A stretch of 64,000 bases of DNA from an uncultured Chloroflexia bacterium (GTDB taxonomy: Bacteria > Chloroflexota > Limnocylindria > Limnocylindrales > CSP1-4), in NCBI GenBank assembly GCA_963746845.1, contig CAVVCZ010000001.1:96001-160000 (forward strand). The letters run 5' to 3'. Within the stretch, counting starts at the first letter, position 1. Each line of letters opens with the position of its first letter. Below the pieces are notes generated by a model. It did no database searches, was not told the DNA's origin, and was given only the letters and a program-made list of their open reading frames with translations. The translations under genes and the position numbers were made by a program. Shown here piece after piece: positions 20,234 through 28,111 of the stretch.

Positions 20234-20970
20234 TGGCTTATTCGGGACCTGAACGTCGCCGCGGCGGGCCAGACCGGCGCGGGGATGGAGAGCGGACGAA
20301 GATCCTGATCGTCGACGACCATGCCCTGTTCCGTGTCGGGATCAGCAACATCCTCGAGCGCGAGCCGGACTTCGAGGTCGTCGGCGAGGCCGACGACAGC
20401 CGCTCGGCGATCGACCGATCGCTCGAGACGTCGCCGGACATCATCCTCATGGACCTGTCGCTCCCGTCACCCGGTGGGATCGAGACGACCTCGAGGATCA
20501 AGCGCGAGCTGCCCTCGACCGGGATCATCGTCCTGGCCGTCTCCGAGGACGAGGACGCGCTGTTCGACGCGATCAAGGCCGGCGCGGCCGCGTTCATCCT
20601 CAAGGACGTCGGTCCGGATGACCTCGTCACGATCATCCGCCGGGTCGTCTCCGGCGAGTACCTGATCAACGACAAGGTCTTCTCGAAGCCGGCGGTCGCG
20701 TCGCGGGTCCTCAAGGAGTTCCGCGAGCTCGCGGTCTACGGCCAGGAGGCCGCCCCGATCTTCGCGCCGCTCTCGCCGCGCGAGGTCGAGATCCTCGACA
20801 ACATCGCCCAGGGCATGACGAACAAGCAGGTCGCCTACGCCCTGTCGATCAGCGAGCAGACGGTCAAGAACCACATGAGCTCGATCCTCCGGAAGCTCTC
20901 GGTGAACGACCGGACCCAGGCCGTCGTGTACGCGATGCGCCAGGGTTGGATCCGGATGCCGGAAGACTGA
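20233..20970 (+). CDS. NarL/DegU-family response regulator (REC + LuxR HTH)
   Basis: ILIVDDH, ILMDLSLP, FILKD, LSPREVEIL...GMTNKQVA...TVKNHMSSILRKL; N-terminal extension MAYSGPERRRGGPDRR. Confidence 0.93.
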   Translation: MAYSGPERRRGGPDRRGDGERTKILIVDDHALFRVGISNILEREPDFEVVGEADDSRSAIDRSLETSPDIILMDLSLPSPGGIETTSRIKRELPSTGIIVLAVSEDEDALFDAIKAGAAAFILKDVGPDDLVTIIRRVVSGEYLINDKVFSKPAVASRVLKEFRELAVYGQEAAPIFAPLSPREVEILDNIAQGMTNKQVAYALSISEQTVKNHMSSILRKLSVNDRTQAVVYAMRQGWIRMPED

Positions 20971-20979
20971 TCGGAACCC

Positions 20980-22219
20980 GTGTCCCCATCCAGGCGCGAC
21001 CCGTCCGACGACGCCGGAGCCGCCGCCGCTGATCTCGGCACGCGGCTCGGGCTGGAGATCCATGGGCTCGACGGCGAGCTGACCGAGATCGAGATGCTCG
21101 TCAACCAGGCGCGCACCGAGGCGACCCGACACGAGCAGAAACGCGCCCAGATCGCGGACAAGCTGGCCGGCGCGGTGAGCCTGCCACCGGAGGATCTCGC
21201 CGCGCTCAACGCCCAGCTGGTCACGCTGACGCGCCGGGCATCGGTCATGGAGGCCCAGGTCGAGGTGCTCGAGGGGAAGCGGAAGACGCTCGCCCGCTCG
21301 CGCGACGTCCTGACCGCGATCGCGACCGAGTACGGGGCGGTCGTCGCGTCGGAAGCGTCCGGGGCACCGCGCCTCACGGCGGGGCCGGGTGGGACCGATG
21401 CGGGCGCGCCCATGAGCCGGATCGTCCTCAACGCCCAGGAGGACCTCCGGCGCGAGATCGCGCGGGCGATGCACGACGGGCCCGCCCAGAGCCTGACGAA
21501 CATCGTCCTCCAGGCCCAGATCGTCGAGCGGCTGCTCGGACGGGATCCCGACGGCGCCCGGGGCGAGCTGCGGCTCCTCGTCCAGATGGTCCAGCAGACG
21601 CTCGATGCGACGAAGACATTCATCTTCGACGTCCGGCCGATGGTCCTCGACGACCTCGGGCTCGTGCCGACGCTGCGCCGGGCGGCGCGCGAACGCGGGC
21701 GGCGGGCCGGCGTGGCGGTCGAGTTCGACACGATCGGCGCGGATCACCGGATCGAGGTCGACCTGGAGAGCAGCCTCTTCCGGATCGTCGACGAGGCGCT
21801 CGCCGCCTATCTGGCGGCCAACCCGGACCGGGTCGCCGTGCGGCTGGACTGGTCGGACGGGATCGTCGAGGTCGTCGTGGCCGCCCAGCGCGACCCGACC
21901 GAGACGATGGCCGCCGCGGACCGGCAGCTTGTCGAGACGCTCGAGGCCGAGGAGGCCGCCGGCAAGGACCTGCCGCCGGCCCTCGAATCGATGCTCGTGG
22001 ACCGGCGCGAGCAGGCCGAAATCGGCGGTGACCGCGGCACGCGAGGCCGCGGTGGTCGGGCTGCCCGCCAGCACCTGGCGGGAGATCGAGGGGCGGGCGG
22101 TCACCACCGGGATCGCCGCCGAGCTGAGCGACGGCGGCGCGACCCTCCGGCTGCGCGTCGAGGTCGGTCCTCCGACCGGCACGGGAGCGACGGCCGATGC
22201 GGTGGCCCAGGTCGAGTAG
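20980..22219 (+). CDS. Second DegS-like protein with intact H-box and degenerate ATPase domain; apparent +1 frameshift near 22020
   Basis: AQEDLRREIARAMHDGPAQSL and VRPMVLDDLGL present. After GCCGAAATCG (22015-22024) the protein-like sequence continues in another frame (SAVTAAREAAVVGLP...LRLRVEV) to TAG 22219. Confidence 0.75.
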
Positions 22220-22388
22220 GGCTCGACTGCGCCGGGCGCTGCGAGCCGTGCACGGCCAGGGCATCGTCGAGTACGGGCTGATCCTGTCGCTGTCGGCCCT
22301 CCTGGCGGTCGTCCTCCTCGTCTTCTTCGGCGGGACCCTGAGCGCGCTCCTGCAGGTCGTCGGCGACGCGATCGACGCGGCCACCTGA
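22197..22388 (+). CDS. flp: Flp family type IVb pilin, divergent copy 1
   Basis: G|QGIVEYGLILSL Flp motif (E+5, Y+6) followed by a hydrophobic helix. Confidence 0.75.
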   Translation: MRWPRSSRARLRRALRAVHGQGIVEYGLILSLSALLAVVLLVFFGGTLSALLQVVGDAIDAAT

Positions 22389-22527
22389 GCTGCCCTGGTG
22401 CCGGTGCGCGCTCCCACCACCGGCATACCCGACCGGTACCAAATGGCTAGTGGAGTTCGAGGAATCCCTTTGCCATGATGGCCGCGCCCTCAACCGGGGG
22501 TGAGTACTCATCCAGGAGGCTGCCTCA

Positions 22528-22698
22528 ATGGCGCTCGTTCACCAGTTCCTCGCCTCGCTTCGCCGGGACGAGGAAGGCCAGGGTCTCGCGGAGTACGCGC
22601 TGATCCTCGCCCTCATCGCGATCGTGGCGATCATCGCCCTGATCTTCCTGGGCACCCAGGTCAGCACGATCCTGTCGAAGGTCGGCGCGTCGGTCTAG
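22528..22698 (+). CDS. flp: Flp family type IVb pilin, copy 2
   Basis: Manual translation MALVHQFLASLRRDEEG|QGLAEYALILALIAIVAIIALIFLGTQVSTILSKVGASV; AGGAGG RBS. Missing from the ORF track (56 aa). Confidence 0.93.
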   Translation: MALVHQFLASLRRDEEGQGLAEYALILALIAIVAIIALIFLGTQVSTILSKVGASV

Positions 22699-22720
22699 CC
22701 GACTCTCCACCGAGACACCG

Positions 22721-22752
22721 GAACCGCCGGGGCCTTCGGGCTCCGGCGGTTC
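22721..22752 (+). terminator. Hairpin terminator after flp copy 2
   Basis: GAACCGCCGGGGCC-TTCG-GGCTCCGGCGGTTC followed by GTTGTGT. Confidence 0.7.
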
Positions 22753-22804
22753 GTTGTGTGTCCGGGATCCGTCGTCGCGTTCTCCCGGCCTTCGCTCGTC
22801 GCGC

Positions 22805-22936
22805 GCGTGTCGGTGGCACACGCGAGGACGGGGGTCGATCGCCGCGCGAGCGTGGCCCAGTTCGCGGGCATGTGCGTGGCACACCGGTGACACGACTTGG
22901 GGCACCCGAGCGTCCACGCGTGTGCATGACACACGC
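22805..22936. repeat. Three 19-bp palindromic repeats, consensus GCGTG-N4-TG-N3-CACGC
   Basis: Copies at 22805-22823, 22868-22886 (degenerate) and 22918-22936. Confidence 0.6.
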
Positions 22937-23039
22937 CCGCGACGCGGAACCCGGGCGACCGGCGCGGAGCCCCATCACCGACGCGGACTGGTGCGGCGCG
23001 GCTCCGCAAAGTCGGCGGACGGACTGGCCAATCGTCTCA

Positions 23040-23069
23040 TTGACACCCATCGCGTTCCGCCCGTACTTT
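23040..23069 (+). promoter_or_regulatory. Sigma70-type promoter of flp copy 3
   Basis: TTGACA-18 nt-TACTTT. Confidence 0.6.
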
Positions 23070-23125
23070 GGCGCCCGCCTTCGGCTTCGACCGGGGAGCT
23101 CTCGAGGAAAGGAGGTAATGCCCAG

Positions 23126-23296
23126 ATGACGTTCTTCACCGCACTCATGTCTTCTCTTCGTCGGGATGAGGAAGGCCAGGGTCTCGCCGAGTACGCGCTG
23201 ATCCTCGCCCTCATCGCGATCGTCGCGATCATCGCCCTCATCTTCCTCGGCACGCAGGTCAGCACGATCCTGTCGAAGGTCGGCGCCTCCGTCTAG
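23126..23296 (+). CDS. flp: Flp family type IVb pilin, copy 3
   Basis: MTFFTALMSSLRRDEEG|QGLAEY...SKVGASV; AAAGGAGGT RBS. Confidence 0.93.
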   Translation: MTFFTALMSSLRRDEEGQGLAEYALILALIAIVAIIALIFLGTQVSTILSKVGASV

Positions 23297-23312
23297 CCTC
23301 GGATCAACGAAC

Positions 23313-23346
23313 AGACCGCCGGCCCCCTCCGGGGCGCCGGCGGTCT
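23313..23346 (+). terminator. Hairpin terminator after flp copy 3
   Basis: AGACCGCCGG...CCGGCGGTCT followed by TCGTTTCT. Confidence 0.7.
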
Positions 23347-23403
23347 TCGTTTCTCCCGGACTGCGCGCGGGTCGCACGGTCAACGGTTTCGGCGCCAACC
23401 CGC

Positions 23404-23433
23404 TTGACGCCCGCCGAGGGCCACCCGTAAGGT
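23404..23433 (+). promoter_or_regulatory. Sigma70-type promoter of flp copy 4
   Basis: TTGACG-18 nt-TAAGGT, same geometry as the copy 3 promoter. Confidence 0.55.
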
Positions 23434-23491
23434 TCGCCGGCCTCCGGACGTCGTCCGGGGAGCTCTCTGAGGAAAGGAGGTCTCACCCCAG

Positions 23492-23662
23492 ATGTCCGTT
23501 CTGCATGCACTCATTGCATCCATCCGCCGGGACGAGGACGGCCAGGGTCTCGCGGAGTACGCGCTGATCCTCGCCCTCATCGCGATCGTGGCGATCATCG
23601 CCCTGATCTTCCTGGGCACCCAGGTCAGCACGATCCTGTCGAAGATCGGCACGTCCGTCTGA
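23492..23662 (+). CDS. flp: Flp family type IVb pilin, copy 4
   Basis: Manual translation MSVLHALIASIRRDEDG|QGLAEY...SKIGTSV; AAAGGAGGT RBS. Missing from the ORF track. Confidence 0.93.
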   Translation: MSVLHALIASIRRDEDGQGLAEYALILALIAIVAIIALIFLGTQVSTILSKIGTSV

Positions 23663-23670
23663 CGTCCAGC

Positions 23671-23710
23671 GATGAGCCGCCGGCGCGCTAGGCGGCGCCG
23701 GCGGCTCATC
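23671..23710 (+). terminator. Hairpin after flp copy 4
   Basis: GATGAGCCGCCGGCGC...GCGCCGGCGGCTCATC perfect 16-bp stem; no U-tract. Confidence 0.55.
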
Positions 23711-23769
23711 GCATCCGGGCGATGGAAACCACTGGTGCGCGACCGCGCCATTGGGTACCAAGGGACCTA

Positions 23770-23797
23770 TTGACAGTCCTACCAGACGACCTACCGT
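23770..23797 (+). promoter_or_regulatory. Sigma70-type promoter of flp copy 5
   Basis: TTGACA-16 nt-TACCGT. Confidence 0.45.
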
Positions 23798-23875
23798 GCG
23801 TCGTGCCGGGGGCGTCTCATCCCGACCTCCGGGATCGCCCGTTCGGGACGTTTCGTCGGAAAGGAGGTGAATCAG

Positions 23876-24067
23876 GTGTCCCAAGTCCGGCGGATCGCCG
23901 CCCGGTTGCGTCAGTCCTGGACTGACACTGACGGCCAGGGACTGGCCGAGTACGCACTCATCCTTGCGCTCATCGCGATCGTCGCCATCGTTGCCCTCAT
24001 CTTCATGGGACAGCAGGTGAGCGATAAGCTCAGCGTCATCGGCAGCACGATCAAGTCCGTGCAATAG
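23876..24067 (+). CDS. flp: Flp family type IVb pilin, copy 5
   Basis: DTDG|QGLAEYALILALIAIVAIVALIFMGQQVSDKLSVIGSTIKSVQ; AAAGGAGGTGA RBS. Start 23867 or 23876. Confidence 0.92.
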   Translation: MSQVRRIAARLRQSWTDTDGQGLAEYALILALIAIVAIVALIFMGQQVSDKLSVIGSTIKSVQ

Positions 24068-24088
24068 GCTGCGAACCGCGCTCATTCG

Positions 24089-24120
24089 AACGGCCCGTCC
24101 GGTCCTCCGGACGGGCCGTT
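24089..24120 (+). terminator. Hairpin terminator after flp copy 5
   Basis: AACGGCCCGTCCGG-TCCT-CCGGACGGGCCGTT(T). Confidence 0.7.
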
Positions 24121-24305
24121 TCGCGTCCCCGGAATGGCCCCGCGCACCGGCGAGCGGTCGCACCGACAAACATTGCGAGTTGCCTTGCTTCGTGCGTGAT
24201 TTCCTCCCGTTTCTTCCCAATGGTCCTAGCCCATTGGTATAGTCGCGCGCCCCGAACCCGGTGCTAGAGTGGTGCCACCTGTCACACGGCTCGGGGAGAC
24301 CTAAC

Positions 24306-25211
24306 TTGAAGCGCTCGAATCGGCTTGTCCTGCTCGTCGGGGTGTTCCTGGCGGTCGTTGCGTTCGTGGGAATCGCTCTGTTGCTGAGCAACGGAAACAG
24401 CACCTCGAACCCCAACACTGCGGCCCCGACACAGCTTCCGACTGTCATCGCGAAGCAGGACATCAACCTCGGGGTGACTGTGACCGCAGACATGGTCGAG
24501 ACGCAGACGCTCGACGTGACCAACCGCAAGGCGACCGCGTTCGGTGATCCGAGCCAGGTCGTCGGGCAGGTCGCGCGCCGGCCGATCAAGGCCACCGCGC
24601 AGCTCGAGAGCGCCGACTTCGACACGAGCGGCACGGGCGTCTCCACGGTGACCGTCCCGCCCGGCATGCGCGCGATCTCCGTCCAGGTCGACCAGGTCTC
24701 CGGCGTCGGCACCGTGATCAACACGGGCGACTACGTCGACCTCCTCGTCGGCTTCACCGGTGACAAGTTCCCCGTCGTGACCGTCAACCCGCAGGACGAC
24801 TCGATCAGCGTCGTGAGCGGCCTGAACGGGACGAGCGTCAAGCTCCTCCTCGAGGGCATGCAGGTCCTCGGCCGGCAGCTCCCGCCGCCGACCACGACCC
24901 AGGCCCAGCAGCCGGCCGACAACGGTCAGACCGGCAGCGGTCAGCCGACGACGTCGCTCAACGGCCAGCAGGAGATCGTCATCCTCGCCGTGACCCCGTC
25001 CCAGGCAGAGGTGATCAAGTTCGCCCAGCTGGACGGCTCGGTCAGCCTGATCCTCCGCTCCTCGAAGGACTTCGTGGACGACTCCGGCAACGCGGTTGTC
25101 ACGCCACCGAGCGGCACCGAGGGCGTCACGCTCAAGAAGCTCACCACGGACTTCGCGGTTCCGATCCCGGAGCTCGTCGAGGCCATCCTCCCCGCCCAGG
25201 CCCGCCGCTAG
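24306..25211 (+). CDS. cpaB: Flp pilus assembly protein CpaB/RcpC
   Basis: TTG start MKRSNRLVLL, one TM, SAF domain (VIAKQDI...), VPPGMRAISVQVD..GV...GDYVD. Confidence 0.9.
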   Translation: MKRSNRLVLLVGVFLAVVAFVGIALLLSNGNSTSNPNTAAPTQLPTVIAKQDINLGVTVTADMVETQTLDVTNRKATAFGDPSQVVGQVARRPIKATAQLESADFDTSGTGVSTVTVPPGMRAISVQVDQVSGVGTVINTGDYVDLLVGFTGDKFPVVTVNPQDDSISVVSGLNGTSVKLLLEGMQVLGRQLPPPTTTQAQQPADNGQTGSGQPTTSLNGQQEIVILAVTPSQAEVIKFAQLDGSVSLILRSSKDFVDDSGNAVVTPPSGTEGVTLKKLTTDFAVPIPELVEAILPAQARR

Positions 25212-25369
25212 CCGGCCCAGGCCCCACCGCCGGTCGCGAGAGCTACCGGTCGACTCGAGCCAAAGCGCGACGGGCGCGTCGGACTCCGGTCCCCGCGCCC
25301 GTCCAACGCTCCGGGGACCCGATCCCCGGCCATCCCCCCAGCAGCGAGATCCATCGGAACCCCTGACGA

Positions 25370-26629
25370 ATGGCCGACCAGATCCGCGTCCTGATCGTGG
25401 ACGACATCCCGGAGACCCGCGACCACCTCACGAAGCTTCTCGGGTTCGAGAGCGACATCGAGGTGGTCGGGTCCGCCGCTTCCGGCAGCGAGTCGCTGTC
25501 GATGGCGGGCGAGCTGCTCCCGGACGTCGTCCTCATGGACATCAACATGCCCGACATGGACGGCATCGCCGCGACGGAGAAGCTCTCCTCCGAGGTGCCG
25601 ACCGCGTCTGTCGTGATGATGTCCGTCCAGGGCGAAGCCGACTACCTTCGTCGGTCGATGCTCGCGGGGGCCCGCGAGTTCCTCGTCAAGCCGTTCAGCA
25701 GCGACGAGCTGACGGCGTCGATCCGGCAGGTCTACACGCGTGAACAGGAGAAGATCAGCCGGATGGCCGTCGCGCCGATCGCGACCGGGACCCCGGCCGG
25801 CGGTGGCGGTGGCGGCGGCGACGACGGCAAGGACGGCCAGGTCGTCGCGATCTTCAGCCCGAAGGGCGGCGTCGGCCGGACCACGGTCGCGGTCAACCTC
25901 GCGGTCGCGGCCGCGACAGAGCTCGGCAAGTCGGTCGTGCTCGTCGACGGCTCGTTCCAGTTCGGGGACGTCGGCGTCCTGCTCAACCTGAACCCGAAGA
26001 ACAAGTCGATCGCGGACCTCGTGCCGGAGCTCGAAGCCGGCGAGCCGGAGTCGCTCGACACATTCATCATCAACCACTCCGCCGGGATCCGGGTGCTGCT
26101 CGCCCCGCCGTCCCCGGAGATGGCCGAGCTGATCACCCCGTCCGGCGTCCGCCGCGTCCTCGACGCGCTCCGGCGCGGCCACGACCTCGTGATCGTCGAC
26201 TGCACCTCGTGGTTCAACGAGACCACGCTCGCGATCCTCGATGCGGCAGACGTCGTCCTGACGATGCTCAGCCTCGAGATCACGAGCATCAAGAACATGC
26301 GGCTGTTCCTGGAAGTCGCCGAGCAGCTCGGCTACGACCAGCAGAAGGTCAAGCTCGTCCTCAACCGGGCGGACTCCAGCCTCGGCATCCGCGTCTCCGA
26401 CGTGGAGAGCTCGATCGGCCGCAAGGTCGATCACACGATCGTCAGCGACGGACGGTCCGTCGTGTACGCCCTGAATCGGGGCGTACCGTTCTTCCTCTCG
26501 AACCGGGAGGCGCAGGTCTCCCAGGACATCCTCCGTCTCGCCCAGTCCATCTCCGGGGAACGGGTCGCTGCCCCGCGAGAGGACGACCGCAAGGCGGCGC
26601 AGAAGAAGTCTCTGTTCTCATTCCGATGA
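25370..26629 (+). CDS. cpaE: REC-domain + MinD/ParA-like ATPase, CpaE/TadZ
   Basis: N-terminal receiver (IVDD, VLMDINMPDMDG, FLVKPF), then deviant Walker A SPKGGVGRTT and QFGDV. Confidence 0.88.
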   Translation: MADQIRVLIVDDIPETRDHLTKLLGFESDIEVVGSAASGSESLSMAGELLPDVVLMDINMPDMDGIAATEKLSSEVPTASVVMMSVQGEADYLRRSMLAGAREFLVKPFSSDELTASIRQVYTREQEKISRMAVAPIATGTPAGGGGGGGDDGKDGQVVAIFSPKGGVGRTTVAVNLAVAAATELGKSVVLVDGSFQFGDVGVLLNLNPKNKSIADLVPELEAGEPESLDTFIINHSAGIRVLLAPPSPEMAELITPSGVRRVLDALRRGHDLVIVDCTSWFNETTLAILDAADVVLTMLSLEITSIKNMRLFLEVAEQLGYDQQKVKLVLNRADSSLGIRVSDVESSIGRKVDHTIVSDGRSVVYALNRGVPFFLSNREAQVSQDILRLAQSISGERVAAPREDDRKAAQKKSLFSFR

Positions 26630-26676
26630 TGTCGTCGGTCACAGCAGCCCAAGCGGCGCGATAAGGGGTTGATGCA

Positions 26677-28092
26677 ATGTCACTGCTGAAGCGGATCGAG
26701 AGCGCTCGACCGGGCACGGGGCCGGCTCCGGCCACGCCCGGAGTGCCGGCTGCCCCGGGCGGCCCGGCCGTCCCGACCGGACCGAGCGGGTCCGCGCCTC
26801 CGGCCCAGCGCCTGATGACCCAGGCACCGGTCCGTGAGTCGTTCCGCGACGTCAAGTTCCGGATCCAGAGCCGGGTCATCCAGGACCTGGACCCGAAGCT
26901 CGACCTGAGCAACCAGGTCGAGGTCCGGCGCCAGATCGAGGAGATCTTCGGCAAGGTCATCGACGAGGAAGGCCTCGCGCTGACCCGCGCCGAGCGCGTC
27001 CGGATGCTCGAGCAGATCACCGACGAGATCATCGGCCTCGGCCCGTTGGAGCCCCTCCTCCGTGACGAGTCGATCTCGGAGGTCATGGTCAACGGCCCGC
27101 GCCAGGTCTACATCGAACGCTCGGGCAAGCTCGAGCTGACGAACGTCGTCTTCCAGAACGACGACCACGTCATGCGGATCATCGACCGGATCATCGCGCC
27201 GATCGGTCGCCGCGTCGACGAGTCCTCGCCGATGGTCGACGCCCGCCTGACCGACGGCTCGCGCGTCAACGCGATCATCCCGCCCCTGTCGCTCGTCGGC
27301 CCGGTCATCACGATCCGGAAGTTCTCGGCGTCGCCGTTCACCGTCGACGACCTGGTCCGGTTCGGCACCGCGACCCCGGACATGTTCGACTTCCTCCGCG
27401 CCTGCGTGGAGGCCCGCCTGAACATCTTCGTGTCCGGCGGCACGGGCTCCGGCAAGACGACGACCCTGAACGTCCTCTCCTCGTTCATCCCGAACGACGA
27501 GCGGATCGTCACGATCGAGGACGCCGCCGAGCTTCAGCTCCGCCAGGAGCACGTGGTGACCCTCGAGTCGCGCCCGCCGAACATCGAAGGCAAGGGCGCC
27601 ATCCCGATCCGCGAGCTCGTCCGGAACTCCCTCCGGATGCGGCCCGACCGGATCATCGTCGGAGAGTGCCGCGCCGGCGAGGCGCTGGACATGCTCCAGG
27701 CGATGAACACCGGCCACGACGGATCGATGTCGACCGGCCACGCCAACAGCCCCCGCGACATGCTCGCCCGGCTCGAGACGATGGTCCTCATGGCCGGCGT
27801 CGACCTCCCGGTCCGCGCCATCCGCGAGCAGATCGCCTCGGCGGTCGACCTCATCGTCCAGCAGAGCCGCCTCAAGGACGGGACCCGGAAGATCGTCAAC
27901 ATCACCGAGGTCCAGGGCATGGAAGGCGACGTCATCGTCATGCAGGACGTCTTCGTCTTCGAGCAGACCGGTGTCGTCGAGGGGAAGATCCAGGGCCGCC
28001 TGAAGGCGACCGGGATCCGGCCCAAGTTCGTCGAGAAGTTCGAGGTGATGGGCATCCATCTGCCTCCGGGCCTCTTCGGCTTCAGCTACTGA
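26677..28092 (+). CDS. cpaF: Tad pilus assembly ATPase CpaF/TadA
   Basis: GLGPLEPLL, SGGTGSGKTT, TIEDAAEL, LRMRPDRIIVGECR, AMNTGHDGS. Confidence 0.96.
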   Translation: MSLLKRIESARPGTGPAPATPGVPAAPGGPAVPTGPSGSAPPAQRLMTQAPVRESFRDVKFRIQSRVIQDLDPKLDLSNQVEVRRQIEEIFGKVIDEEGLALTRAERVRMLEQITDEIIGLGPLEPLLRDESISEVMVNGPRQVYIERSGKLELTNVVFQNDDHVMRIIDRIIAPIGRRVDESSPMVDARLTDGSRVNAIIPPLSLVGPVITIRKFSASPFTVDDLVRFGTATPDMFDFLRACVEARLNIFVSGGTGSGKTTTLNVLSSFIPNDERIVTIEDAAELQLRQEHVVTLESRPPNIEGKGAIPIRELVRNSLRMRPDRIIVGECRAGEALDMLQAMNTGHDGSMSTGHANSPRDMLARLETMVLMAGVDLPVRAIREQIASAVDLIVQQSRLKDGTRKIVNITEVQGMEGDVIVMQDVFVFEQTGVVEGKIQGRLKATGIRPKFVEKFEVMGIHLPPGLFGFSY

Positions 28093-28111
28093 GCACGGAG
28101 GAGGCCTCGGA

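Noticed and set aside
22528-23662. Conductive (e-pilus) pilins
   Set aside because: Mature pilins have only two aromatic residues in 39 and are Flp type.
22528-24067. Pilin repeats as a CRISPR array or DGR template/variable repeats
   Set aside because: The repeats are intact coding sequence with RBSs, differences are not adenine-specific, and no cas or reverse transcriptase gene is in the window.
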